A DNA stretch of 64,000 bases from Podarcis muralis (lineage: Eukaryota): contig NC_135656.1 in assembly GCF_964188315.1 (NCBI RefSeq), forward strand, positions 71,300,001 to 71,364,000, written 5' to 3'. Position 1 is the first letter of the stretch. Every line of letters starts with the position of its first letter. Below the pieces are notes generated by a model, which was not told the DNA's origin, did not search any database, and saw only the letters and a list, made by a program, of their open reading frames with translations. Shown in pieces: positions 12,895 through 24,871 of this stretch. Position numbers and translations under genes: made by a program.

Positions 12895-13251
12895 CAAAGT
12901 GGTCTAAACCACTGAGCCTCTTGGGCTTGCCGTTCAGAAGGTCGGGGGTTCGAATCCCCGCGACGGGGTGAGCTCCCTTTGCTCAGTCCCTGCTCCTGCC
13001 AACCTAGCAGTTCGAAAGCACGTCAAAGTGCAAGTAGATTAATAGGTACCACTCCGGCGGAAAGGTAAACGGCGTTTCCGTGCGCTGCTCTGGTTTCGCC
13101 AGAAGCGGCTTAGTCATGCTGGCCACATGACCCGGAAAAACTGTCTGCGGACAAACGCCGGCTCCCTTGGCCTATAAAGCAAGATGAGCGCACCAACCAC
13201 AGAGTCATTCATAACTAGACTTAACTGTCAGGGGTCCCTTTACCTTTACCT
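12895..13251 (+). mobile_element. Sauria SINE
   Basis: Same body and tail as the copy at 4098. Confidence 0.9.
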
Positions 13252-13719
13252 AAAGGGAAATTAAGCAAAAGCTTCTGTACTTGAGTAAGGATTAATTTAG
13301 AGAAGGAAGGGAAGAGTCAAGGAAAACATTCAAAGTTATGTTCTCATGTGGTATCTGTGTAATGAAGCAAATAGGTTTTGGTCATCGATATAGAATATAA
13401 CAGACAAAAATGACACTGCGACAATTTAGATTTTAGAATCCATTATATTTATACTAACTTGTACAAATGAGTCCATGGTCTTAATGCCATGTATCATTGT
13501 AGCTGCGAGATTGTGTTATGCAGAATAGGTAGGGAAAGGTTTGTGGCAAAGTGGGCGACATAAACGTAGGAATATGCTGTAATAGGAAGCTTAGGCATTG
13601 CATAAGGGTGAAAGGAGGAGGCAAAAAATTAACAGATTTGTTCAGCATTGGAAAACGTTTCTTGATTAGTAGTCAAAAAACCCCCCCACACCTTCTAGTT
13701 TTTCCTTGTGAATTTAAGG

Positions 13720-14619
13720 CTATGTTTTTGGAAGCATCTGCATAGCTGCCTGCTTGAGCTTGGGATTAGCCAACAGCAGGATGGCACCCTGTGCAGGGGA
13801 GTACATTAGGATCACTGTTAGACACACCGAATAAACAGAGGTGATTCTTTCAATATTTTGAAGTACAATTATGGAATGTGCCACGTAAAAAAAAATGTAA
13901 ACGATCAGGAGGGAGAGCACTGTCCCAGCTGCCCTGATATGAGCTTTTGTTTGGAGGCTTGGAAGACTGGCTCCTTTACCTGTCATCTTGCAGACATGTG
14001 TGTAGAGTGAGGCTACAATCACAATGGAGCACAATAAAACCACAAGAAGGGGACAGCCAGAAGCAGTCATTAAAAAAAAGGCTTGCAGAGAACGAGAAAG
14101 TTGGGTTGCTTTCTTTCCTTGAGTCACATTTGAAGTGTTGGTTGCTATGTTGCTCTGGAGCTGAAAAGAAATATGTGGGATTGTAATCAAAGAAACAAAA
14201 ACCGAAAAGACTTGGGATCCCACAAGAAGCCAGGGCAGCAGCTGCGATATCCTCAGCTTGCACCAAAGGAAGAGGGTGTGGGTGCTGTTCACTATCTTGA
14301 TGCAATAGAAGACGCAGAGCCAGGCAGTGAAACAAAATCGGGTGTATGAGACAAAGGTTGCAAAGAAGTAGAATGTTTGAAACACTAAGCCGTCGCTTGA
14401 GTTGGTTATTAAGAAATTAGTAATGACTGCAATCTCACAGGCAGTGGCAAAGATATTGGACGTACCCAGAGAGAGAAGTAGTTGTTCACAAGTTGCAAGA
14501 CTCTTGCATTGAGCCCATTCAGTGACCATCACTGCAACTATAAAACCGTTGGAGATGAGCCCACCTAGAACCCAGTCACTTGCAGCCACCAGAAATGCAA
14601 TGATTTTGGAAGAAGGCAT
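13720..14619 (-). CDS. TAS2R: Intronless bitter taste receptor (TAS2R family), copy 2, 299 aa
   Basis: Intact ORF with the same motif set (GLISNGF, AWLCVFYCIKI, FLWCKLRI, SLYTH, HIRA, NPKLKQAA). Confidence 0.93.
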   Translation of the reverse strand: MPSSKIIAFLVAASDWVLGGLISNGFIVAVMVTEWAQCKSLATCEQLLLSLGTSNIFATACEIAVITNFLITNSSDGLVFQTFYFFATFVSYTRFCFTAWLCVFYCIKIVNSTHTLFLWCKLRISQLLPWLLVGSQVFSVFVSLITIPHISFQLQSNIATNTSNVTQGKKATQLSRSLQAFFLMTASGCPLLVVLLCSIVIVASLYTHVCKMTGKGASLPSLQTKAHIRAAGTVLSLLIVYIFFYVAHSIIVLQNIERITSVYSVCLTVILMYSPAQGAILLLANPKLKQAAMQMLPKT

Positions 14620-14715
14620 ATTTCCAGACCCTTGCAGACTGCTGTACAGGTGGACTGACCAAAGTTCTTGAGTTCATGCAGCGCACAGGTGTGATGGTAG
14701 CAGATCAGCAGCATA

Positions 14716-14769
14716 CTTTTTAATCCATTGGGAACTATGCAAATGAACTGAGCATCAAACTATGTAAAT
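14716..14769 (-). promoter_or_regulatory. TAS2R copy 2 proximal promoter: octamer pair + TATA-like box
   Basis: ATGCAAAT at 14737-14744 and ATGTAAAT at 14762-14769, with a TATA-like element just below. Confidence 0.65.
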
Positions 14770-15826
14770 CAATGTGCTACCAAGTTCCACAAGGCTCTTA
14801 TTTGGGAGAGTGGTGTTGATACAGACTGTATAGAAGGGCTTCCTGTCACACAACCTTTTGTGAATCAGGGATGTTGCTCCATTTTGGGAGTTATATGAAT
14901 AAGAAAGCTTGCCACTGGCAGCCACTGCAGTGGCCCAGATTTTTCTCTGCAGGAAAAAAGTGTTAGGAGTTGGGGAAATGGCCCTTGAAGCAAGGAAGGA
15001 ACATCAAGAAATGGCGTTGGAAGATACTCGTCGTCTTGCTTACACTCAGACCCTCTTAGTTTTGGTTTTCATGACTTTTTAGCCTATTATCCCACTTCAT
15101 AAAAACTATTATTTCCACCACAGGAAGCTATCTCATGCCCCAAGCTTAAAAACTTCATAAAGTCTTCACCGGTACAGTTTACTATTTTTTGGTGGCTGCT
15201 TATTTCTCTGACCCCAATCCAGCTGTTGACATCAATCTGTCATTTTTTTTTCTTTATGAACAGATACACAATTGAATGACGCAGTATCAAACTTCAGCAA
15301 GTGACAGCAATGGAGTTAGCTCAGAGATCATTTTTCCAGTGCACATGCTGCAATTGCTGCTCTGCTTAAATCAGCTCCAGCTCTCCACTGACACACAGTA
15401 TACTCAAAATGTAGAGCCAGTTTTTAATACTGTCAAATGCTTCTGTTTCTTCTATTTAGTGTAGCCAAAAGACTTCATTGCCTGTGCCATTCAAAGTAAT
15501 GTTTTTGATTGTGCTCAAGGGTGTTGTTGCCATGCTAAACCTCTGAACTTTTTAAGTATATATTTGCATTAAGGGACATAAACAGCCCAAGCTATACATC
15601 CTTGAAATTTAATCATACTATATTCAATGGGCTTACTCTATGTACAGTGTGCATATGATTACAGCCTTAAATGATAGGTTTATCTGTCAAATAATTATAG
15701 GTTTCTGTTTCCTTAGTGTATTAAAAGCACACAGATTTGTTCATTGCTGTTTTCCAGGATGGAAAAAGATTTAGTGTCTTTTACTAAGTCTAGTGGTAAC
15801 TATTTCTCTTTTCTTGCATCATTATA

Positions 15827-16068
15827 CAGTGGTACCTTGGGTTACAGACGCTTCAGGTTACAGACGCTTCAGGTTACAGACTCCGCTAACCCAGAAATAG
15901 TACCTCGGGTTAAGAACTTTGCTTCAGGATAAGAACAGAAATTGTGCAGCAGCATCACGGAGGCAGCAGGAGGCCCCATTAGCTAAAGTGGTACCTCAGG
16001 TTAAGAACAGTTTCAGGTTAAGAATGGACCTCCAGAACGAATTAAGTTCTTCACCCGAGGTACCACTG
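15827..16068. mobile_element. Tc1/mariner-type MITE (same family as 5663)
   Basis: TIRs and TA TSD. Confidence 0.88.
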
Positions 16069-16756
16069 TAATTGCAGCTGAGGATCAAATAGGCATAGGA
16101 CAGAATCTTTTATTAGAGTCATGAAACATCTAATTCTTGCATTGCTTCTTTGCTTCATTTGCCCCTTGGGGTGTGGATAACAACCTACCTAAAGGGTGGG
16201 CGGGGGAGCAAAAAATGCAAACTAGCATGTAATAAATGTGTTGTGCTTAGAACACACGGGAAATGCAATAGCGCCATGTTGTCGTGAGACCTTGTTGTAC
16301 ATAAATCAAACTATTCAAAGTAGATAAGAGCACAGTATGATCAGAAATGTCTGACTCCAATAAATAACAACCAACCACATGTTCCTACAAGTCAACAGAG
16401 AGCACATAAAAGTGATAGCCTACCCATTCTTTCCACCTGCAGCATGCTGAGTCTGTTTCTTTCCACGTGAAGGCTCCATTTAGCTATTCGGATGAATAGC
16501 CATTGATAGACCTGTCCTTCATGGTGCATCTAATCCTCTCCTAAGATCCAGGGGGGACAGCAGGTGGCTTTGAGGATGGAGCAGGTCATGGCAAGACTTC
16601 AGAGGGAGATGAGGCTGTGATGGAGACAGGTCTTAGTGTCCTTACAAAGAAGGAGATGGGACTGAAGGGAGTACATAGAAGCTATATATGAGAGTCTTTG
16701 CTCATCATAATCCACAGGAACTTCTAAAATATAATTTTGTGTTGTTCCCTTTGCAG

Positions 16757-17054
16757 GCTGTTGTGGTACCCAGAAGAGAATCATGCTGTAAGTGGAATGG
16801 AGGCTGAAGCAGATGTCTTTATGAACAGTGCACAATGGATTATGCATTACCTTTCTAAGGAAGCAGACCCTGAAAGTCAGCAGCCAGCTGAGAAAGAAAG
16901 GATCTCAAATATTAAAAAGCAGCCAGCCTGTGGAGATACACACCATGCCACAAGAAGATTGCCAGATAGAATAGATCAGGGTTCAGTAAACTTTTTCAGC
17001 AGGGGGCCGGTCCACTGTCCATCAGACCTTGTGGGGGGCCAGACTATATTTTGA
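16757..17054 (+). CDS. APEH: APEH-like terminal exon (catalytic His region), with the reading frame running on past the expected stop
   Basis: Pyrimidine tract plus acceptor ttccctttgcAG (16755-16756), then phase-2 (R)LLWYPEENHAVSGMEAEADVFMNSAQWIMHYL. This matches the human APEH C-terminus RLLLYPKSTHALSEVEVESDSFMNAVLWLRTHL (recalled), including the catalytic His. No other APEH exon was found in the window, so functional versus relic status is unresolved. Confidence 0.75.
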
Positions 17055-17234
17055 AGAAAAAAGAGAGGGAAAAAATGAATTCCTATGCCCCACAAATAAC
17101 CCAGAGATGCATTTTAAATAAAAGCACACATTCTACTCATGTAAAAACATGCTGATTCCCAGACCGTTTGCGGACCGGATTTAGAAGACGATTGGGCCGG
17201 ATCCGGGCCCCGGGCCTTAGTTTGCCTACCCGTG
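16977..17234. mobile_element. hAT-type MITE with 8-bp TSD GAATAGAT
   Basis: TSD at 16969-16976 and 17235-17242. A truncated copy of its left end lies at 59820-59894. Confidence 0.9.
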
Positions 17235-18758
17235 GAATAGATCTAGCCTTTGTATCCCTGACAGGAATCCCTTTCCTCTTTCAGTGTATTCTTAAAAGAT
17301 ATGCTGCTGGTGCCTTGGAAACAGCCTTGTACAGATTCAAACCTTTGACCCCTGCAACCTAGTAATGTCTATGTTGACAGAGAGCAACTGTCAGAATGTC
17401 AGATTGCGGACGTTTCCAGCCCTTTCTGAAGATGCTGATGATTCAGGCTGGGACCCTATGCATGGGCAGATGTTCTACCACTGTGCTACAATGCAGGTCC
17501 TTTTCAGAAAATCTGCAGCAAACAGTCAACTGTCTAATTGAACTTAACTCTCGTAGCAAAGCTGACGTCTTAAGAATTTGTATTGCTGCTTATAACTACA
17601 AGGCAGTGTGGATAGTTCTTTCTTATTTATTTATAGGACACCAGATCTTGGAATAATAGGTACTAAAATAAAAAAAAACTCAACCTTCTTGTTTTTATTG
17701 TTATATGTACTAAGCTATACATAACCAAACTGGTCCCTGAGGGAATTAAATGTCTTATAAGATTATAGCTTCAAGACTGTGGTATGCAAAATATGTGGGA
17801 AACACTGATATACCAACAACAACTATGTCACAGTGAGAACCCTAAATGTAGGAATATACAGCAATGGCAAAGCTTATGAGTTTTATAAGGATGAAAGAAG
17901 GAGGGGCAAAAATTAACAGGTTTTCCCCCCAAGATTGGAAAATGTTTGTTAATTATTGGCATAATAAAGCAAATACTTCAGGAGATAACACTTTTATTTG
18001 ACATGCTGTAACAAGAAAAAAGAACAACAAATAGGTTTAAAAGCTAACACATTTATGCATGTAATGTTATCCTGAGTGGCAAGTACATATATAAATATTT
18101 TGGGTGTGGAGATTGTAAAAAGTGAGGTCAGATGGAAATGAAATGTGCAAAACCTCCAACTGTGAGAATTACTTATTTAGCAGGTGTAGTTCACAAAACA
18201 GTTTTTGATGTCACAGATATTGTTGCTTTGGTAAGTAAATACAACGTGCTAAGAATTTTCTTTCGCTGTTCCATCAACAAATATAGCAGTGAAAACTCTT
18301 GATGTGTATTGTAATTTAGTGGTTTCACATTGCAGTGTCCCTATGAAGCTCCTTTGCTACAGGGTGACTAGTCAAAATTTATTTACACAGTGTACTGGAC
18401 AGTTAAAATGCATACTGTATTGACATTTCTGATGTCCAATTTTTGTCCATTTCTTATTTTGCATAGAGACTGCCCTGTGTAAAATGCAGAAGGGCATAAC
18501 TGGCAGATGGCATATATCACATGAAGAGGGGAATCAATCCCTTATGTTGCTGATGGCATTATCAGGCCCAGGAAAGGTATTACACTCTAGTTTGGCCCTA
18601 AGAATTTTCTTAAATAATCCTTGTTATTGGTATTTTTCAGCACAGGAATAAGAAACCTGTGTGCCTAACAGAACGGCACGGGGGGGGGGGGGGGAACCAA
18701 ACCAATAACTTAAACACAGTGCTCTCTGTTTGGCCAGTGTCAATGTCCTTAAGAATTG

Positions 18759-19545
18759 TTAAGTCTCTGTTTTTGGAAACATCCTGGCAGCTGCCTGCTT
18801 GAGTTTGGGATTAACCAACATACCTGGGTGTTTTTTTTACCCTGTCCAATTGTAAGCAAGGTCTCTGTCAGGCAAAAAGAGATAGCATCAGGAGGGAGAG
18901 CACTTTTCCAGCTGCCTTGATGTGAGCTACCATTTGGGGACTCTGAAAATTCAATCCTTTACCTCTCATCTTGCAGAAATGTCTAAAGCGTGAGGCTACA
19001 GCCATGATGGAGCAAAGGAAAGCCGCAAGAAAGGGACAGCCAGAACCAGTATGGGTGGGAAAGGCCTGAAAAATTCAGTCTGTCTTTCCTTGCGTCACAT
19101 TTGTTACATTGTCTGGTATTTTGCTGTGGATTATTTTATAAATATTCTGCACTGCAAACAGGGGGGGGGGGGGACGGGGGACAGTGAGATGAGATCCCAC
19201 AAGAAGCCTGATATCCTCAGCTTGCACCAAAGGAAGAGGGAATGGGTGCTGTTCACTATCTTGATGCAATATAAGATGCAGAGCCAGGCTGCGAGCCAGA
19301 ATTGAGAGAATGTGACAAAGGTTTTAAAAACAGAGCATTTGCGGTATTAAGTACTACCTAGTGAAAAATGGAACCATAAAACCTGTATAGCAGACATTGG
19401 ACATACCCAATGCCGTAGTTGTTCGCTGACGGCAAGGTTCCTGCATTCAACCCATTCAGTGATGATCACTGCAACTATAAAGCCATTGGAGAAGGCCAAG
19501 TCCATTACATCCACCAGAAATGCAATAATCTGGGGGAGAAGGCAT
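18759..19545 (-). pseudogene. TAS2R: TAS2R pseudogene, copy 3
   Basis: Aligns end to end with copies 2/4/5 but is 787 nt. It has a +1 C after codon 4, a 12-nt loss in TM1, a frameshift at the TM2 start, a poly-G/C tract at about 19160, and a deletion of about 57 nt in TM7. Confidence 0.9.
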
Positions 19546-19648
19546 ATCTCTGGATTCTTGCAGACTGCTAGACTTTCACTAGCATTGAGATGGGGAGTCC
19601 AAGTGAGATAGCAGGTCTATAGTATACTTTCTCAATGGGTTGGGAACT

Positions 19649-19681
19649 ATGCAAATGAACTATGCATCAAACTATGTAAAT
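19649..19681 (-). promoter_or_regulatory. TAS2R pseudogene copy 3 retained octamer pair
   Basis: ATGCAAAT at 19649-19656 and ATGTAAAT at 19674-19681. Confidence 0.55.
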
Positions 19682-20309
19682 TCATGGGACTCTTGGCCTT
19701 CCCATTTCCATGATGCTTCTACACAGTATAGTGGTGTTGATGACAAACTATATTGAATGGCTTTGTATAAATTGAATTGGTGCTTCATCTTGGTGGTTAT
19801 ATGGAACAAGAAATTTTGCCCAAGAGAACCCTGTTGGTGGTCTAGATTTTACTGCTCAGGTAAAGCATAGGAGGAACTGGAAATACTGCTGTTGAAACAT
19901 GGAAGGACCACCCCTGGTGGTTACAATATGGGGTATCATAGGGCACTATTCTATCCCCATTGCTGGGAGCAGCCATTAGGACTTTGGGGGCCAGGTGCGA
20001 TTTGTATGCTGATCCTCAGCTCTCTTTCTCCAGAAGTTCTGAATCAGGAGAAGCCATGTGGGCCCTGGGCTGATTCCTTGATACAGACTTGGGATGGATG
20101 AGGGGGAATAAGCTTGTTTGTATCCTGGCAAGATGGCTTTGATCTGTGGAACTGTCATGGTTACAGATGCCACATAATATCTGTTCAGTAGCTGTAAGAA
20201 ATTGATCTTTTAATGTGGTAGCACCTAAACTGGAACTCCCTGCCTATTGATATCAGACATATGCCTTTGCTGTGCTCTTTCTGGTGCCTGTGCAGACATA
20301 CAGAAGTTA

Positions 20310-20495
20310 CAGTCGTACTTCCGTTTACGTAACCCTCTGGTTACGTAAACTTTGGGATCGCGCGCGGCAAACCTGGAAGTATTTTACTGGATTTCACTGC
20401 GTGTGCATGCGCAGAAGTGGTCCTCAGGTTGCAGAAACCTCGGGATCCAACTGGACCTCCGAAACAGATCCCGCCTGCAACCGGTGGTACCACTG
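20310..20495. mobile_element. Tc1/mariner-type MITE
   Basis: TA-CAGTCGTAC...GGTACCACTG-TA. Confidence 0.8.
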
Positions 20496-20562
20496 TACAT
20501 GTGTTTTTCTCTTTTTAGCTACTGTTGATTTTAATTATATTCTGACTGATTTTAAATACATA

Positions 20563-20811
20563 CAGTCATACCTTGGTTGTCAAATGGAATCTGTTCTGGA
20601 AGTCCGTTCGACTTCCAAAAACGTTAGACAATCAAGGCGCGGCTTCCGATTGGCGGCAGGAGCTTCCAGCACTCAATCGGAAGCTGCAGAAGCCGCGTCG
20701 GATGTTCAGGTTCCAAAGGACGTTTGCAAACCGGAAGTCACTTCCGGGTTTGTGGCGTTCCGGAGCCAAAACATTTGACTCCCAAGGAGTTCCAGAACCA
20801 AGGTATGACTG
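20563..20811. mobile_element. Tc1/mariner-type MITE (CAGTCATACC subfamily)
   Basis: TA-CAGTCATACCTTGG...CCAAGGTATGACTG-TA. Related copies at 37595-37844 and 63778-63996. Confidence 0.88.
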
Positions 20812-22130
20812 TACTTGTTCTTAAACTTTATATTGAGAATTTTATTGTTTATATTTTTGTAACCAGTTAGAAGGATTGTGGGTTTTTTTTACAGTCAAGG
20901 GCACATAAATTTTGTTAAATAAAATAAACAGTAACTCCATCTCTCCACTGACCCACAGTCTATTCATAACACAGAAAAAGCTGTAATACTGCAAAATGCT
21001 TTAGTTTCTTCTGTTAGTTTAGCCAAAAGACCTCATTGCCCGTGTTATTCAAAGTAACATTTTTCACTTTGCTCAAGATAGTTGTTAATTTCTGAAGTAT
21101 GCTTTTAAATTAAGGGACACAGACAGCCCAATCCTATGCAACCATGGAATTTAATCCTACTGTATTTAGTGGACTTACTCTAAAGTAAGCGTGCACAGAT
21201 TGTAGCCCTAATTGATTAGTTTACCTGTCAAACATGATAGGTTTGGGTTTCTTCAGTGTCTTAAAAAGCATAGAGATTTGCTTGGTGCTGTTTTCCATAA
21301 TAGAAAATGGAAATATATGTATTTTATTAAGCAAAGCAGTAACTAATTCCATTCTATATTTGCATCGCTGTATTTGCAACTGAGGATCAAATAGGCAAAG
21401 GACAGTACTTTTTATTAGATTTCTGAAACAGCTGGTTCTTGCACTGCCTCTGTGCTTCTGTTGGCCCATGAGATGTGCATAACAATCTTCATAAAGGGCA
21501 GGGAGAGAGAGAGAAATCAAACTAATGTGTAAGAAATATGTTGTGTTCTGAGCATGCAAGAACTGCAATCACACAAAATGTTGAGGGGAGACATTTGATG
21601 CACAAAAAAGAGCCACAAAAGCTTCTGGTAGTTGGTGTTTAACAACATCTGCAGGTAGTGGATGGTGGGGTAGCTTTCCAGGCATCCAAATTGCCTAGCA
21701 AAGTTTGAAATTCTTGTGGTTGATGAAAAAGGAAATTATAAAGGTCTAGCCTTCCTATATACATGCAATATTCTACTGTTGGTCATCTGTCCCAGATGAG
21801 GGCATCATGGAGAAGGGGACCAGTTGCCAAGGGGAAGTGGGAAGAAATCGGAGAACTCCAGGAAGGGAGAAGCTAAATCCATTTCATAGGACACTCTGGA
21901 TATAGGGAGGGGAAAGTGTGGGACAGAAGTAGATGGAGAAGAAGAAAAGGGGGAATTGAAGGAGGTACAATAGGGCTTCACGATCCACATTAAGCCAGTG
22001 TATGGATGGAGTGCCTATTGAACTTAATCTTGCTGGCAAGGTTGACGAATATGAATTTGCATTGCAACTTACGATTTCTGCCATTATCTTCAGCCAAAAC
22101 AGATTAAATAGTGCTTGCTTGATCACTTGC

Positions 22131-22131
22131 T

Positions 22132-22187
<56 letters not shown>
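22131..22187. repeat. (TTTC)n microsatellite
   Basis: Seen directly. Confidence 0.95.
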
Positions 22188-22634
22188 TTTCTTTACAGGG
22201 TACCTGATTTTGGTATAACAAGTTCTAAAGTCAAAATCTGACCTTTGTCATATTACCCTTGTTATATTTTATTAACCTATAAACACACACACACATGGTC
22301 CAAGTATAACAGAGGGAATTTAAATTTTATGTGAGTAAAGTTTCAAGACTGGTATGCAAAATGTTTGGAAAAGGCAAGAACCATGACATAGTGAGAATTC
22401 AAAACGCAGGACTATGCAGTAATGGCAAAACTTATGAGTTTATACAAATGAAACAAGGGAGGCAAAAAGTAAGAGGCTTATTATTCAAGATAAGCAATTG
22501 CTAATGGATTGTTGGCATAATAAAGCACATCAGTAAATAATAAGACTTTTATTTGACATGCTGTAACAAACAAGAACAGTGAAAAGTCGTAAGGCAGAAA
22601 ATAACAATAGTAATAGTAGTAGTAATAATTAATA

Positions 22635-22745
22635 ATAATTTATACCCCCGCCCATCTGGCTGGGTTTTCCCAGCCACTCTGGGCAGCTTCCAACAAAACC
22701 TTAAGATACAATAATTCATAAAATATTAAAAACTTCCCTAAACAT
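22635..22745 (-). mobile_element. L2-type 3' tail
   Basis: tttatacccc...cccagccactctgggc...aaaaacttccctaaaca. The same family occurs at about 47300-47520. Confidence 0.65.
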
Positions 22746-23842
22746 TTTCCCCTATAGAAAAAATGTATGTACAATTATTCTGAGCTGCAAGGGTGTGTTG
22801 GTGTGGTGACTGTAAAAAGTAAGATCAGAGGACATGAAATGTGTAAAACTTTGGACAGTGATAATTACATGGTTAACAGTGGTAATTTCCAAAACAATTT
22901 TTTATGAAGCAGATATCATGGCACCGTTAAGTACAAGGAATGGACAAGGAATTATTTCACTCAGTTCACTCCACAAATGATAGCACTGAAACTCTTGATA
23001 TATTGTGATTCAATGGTTTCATGTCGCAGTGTCCCTTTGAAGTTCCTTTGCTGTAGGATGGCAACTTTAAGGTTATTTACAGAGTGTCATAAAAGCATTC
23101 TGCCAAAGGCTTTTTGAATATTGCCATCTCTGATGCCAGACTTCTGTCCATTTCTTATTTTGCATATAGGCTGGTGTGTTTGTCCTGTGTAGAATGCAGA
23201 AAGGAGTTTCTGATGGCGGATATCACGTAAGAAGATTGCAGATATCACATTGGAAGATGAGGAGGTGAACAAACTCCTGATGTTGTGAACAGCATTCTAA
23301 GGCTGTGTAATAGTATTGCCAGAGTGAATTTGTGGACAGAGATGGCATCTGCGTCTGCCACAGGGGCTGCTCCCTGGTATACAGATCCCTGGCATAGGTA
23401 TGTTGTTTCTTGGGAAGAGCTGTTCAAGAGCAGGAGGTGCCTGTAAACATCACGTTCCTTTGTTTTTGTTTTGCTGCTTTCTAATCCAGGTCTCTCCTAT
23501 GGCAATTCTTAGATGCCTTGACCAATGAGCCTGAAGGGATTTTAATGTTTCATTTTAAGAAAGGAAGTCGCTGACTTAGGGGGAGGAAGCAAGGCTGCTT
23601 GTGACTGGGGCAAGGTGGGGCAGGAGTCTTTAACCACTCATCACCCCCCATCCCAATCAGAACCACAATGGGAGGAAATCTGCTGTTGGCATCAATAGGC
23701 CCTTTCTTCCCATGGCAAATGGCAGGCATGATAGGAGGGGTCAATTCCAGTTTGTGTGCTGGAGAAAACATGCACACTCTACTCCTGACCAGGCTTGGGG
23801 CCCCTGAGCTAGCTCTTCACAAAAGGCAACACCTAAGAATGG

Positions 23843-24739
23843 TTAAGGCTTTCTTCTTGGAAGCATCCTGGCAGCTGCCTGCTTCAGCTTGGGATTCACC
23901 AACACCAGGAGGGCAGCCTGCACAGGGGAGTACATTAGTATCATTGTTATACACACTGAAATGCCAACTATATCTTTGTTAATACAGCCAGTTATAAATA
24001 AGATCTTTGCCACGTAAAAAGAAATGGAAAGCACCAGCAGGAGGAGGACTGTCCCAGCTGCCTTCGTGTGAGCATCTGTTTGAAGGCCCCTAACACTGGA
24101 TTCTTTCCCAGTCAGTTTGTAGACGTGTCTGTAGAGTGAGGCTACAACCATGATTGAGCAAGGAAAAACTATCAGGAATGGGCAGCTAGCACCAGTAATC
24201 AAAAAGAAGATTTTGAAATTAGTAGCAAAATCAACCTCTGTCTGGTCTTGCGTCATGTTTGTAATGCTTCCCTGGGGTTTAATATACACACTCTGCAGTG
24301 CAAAGAAGGAAGCAAGCAAGGAGATGGCTTGAGATCCCCCAAGAAGCCAAGGTATTATCCGTGATATCCTCAGCTTGCACCAAAGAAAAAGGGAGCAGTT
24401 GTTCTTAACAATCTTGAGATAATAGAAGAGGCAGAGCCAGGCAGTAAGCCAGAATCGGGAGAATGTGAGAAAGGTTCCAATGAAGTAGCATGTTTGTAAT
24501 ATTAAGGGGCTGCTAATGTCAGAGATTAAGTAGTACTTAATTAAATATGGAGACAGAACACCCGAGAAGCCGATATTGGACATACCTAGAGACAGAAGAA
24601 GTTGTTCTCTAGCATCAAGTTTCCTGCTTTTAGCCCACTCAGTGACTATCACTGCAACAATAAAGCCATTGGAGATGAGCCCACCAATAGCCAGGACAGC
24701 TAGAGACGCCAGAAAGGCAATAAATTGAGGAGAAGGCAT
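23843..24739 (-). CDS. TAS2R: Intronless bitter taste receptor (TAS2R family), copy 4, 298 aa
   Basis: Intact ORF with GLISNGF, FWLTAWLCLFYYLKI, SLYRH, HTKA and NPKLKQAA. Confidence 0.93.
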   Translation of the reverse strand: MPSPQFIAFLASLAVLAIGGLISNGFIVAVIVTEWAKSRKLDAREQLLLSLGMSNIGFSGVLSPYLIKYYLISDISSPLILQTCYFIGTFLTFSRFWLTAWLCLFYYLKIVKNNCSLFLWCKLRISRIIPWLLGGSQAISLLASFFALQSVYIKPQGSITNMTQDQTEVDFATNFKIFFLITGASCPFLIVFPCSIMVVASLYRHVYKLTGKESSVRGLQTDAHTKAAGTVLLLLVLSISFYVAKILFITGCINKDIVGISVCITMILMYSPVQAALLVLVNPKLKQAAARMLPRRKP

Positions 24740-24863
24740 CTCTCCGTATCCTTGCAGATTACTGTACCAGGTGGCCTTTCACTGATCCAAAGTTGCCCCA
24801 CTGAGATGCAGTGTGCAAGTGAGACAGAACATCTGCAGCATCCTTATGAATGACTGGGGAACT

Positions 24864-24871
24864 ATGCAAAT
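24864..24871 (-). promoter_or_regulatory. TAS2R copy 4 proximal octamer
   Basis: ATGCAAAT in the same GGGAACTATGCAAATGAACT context, 125 bp above the ATG. Confidence 0.65.

Noticed and set aside
15562-15569. Extra isolated octamers (15562, 22055, and several in MST1 and beyond)
   Set aside because: Not conserved at homologous positions in other units; a few chance octamers are expected in AT-rich DNA.
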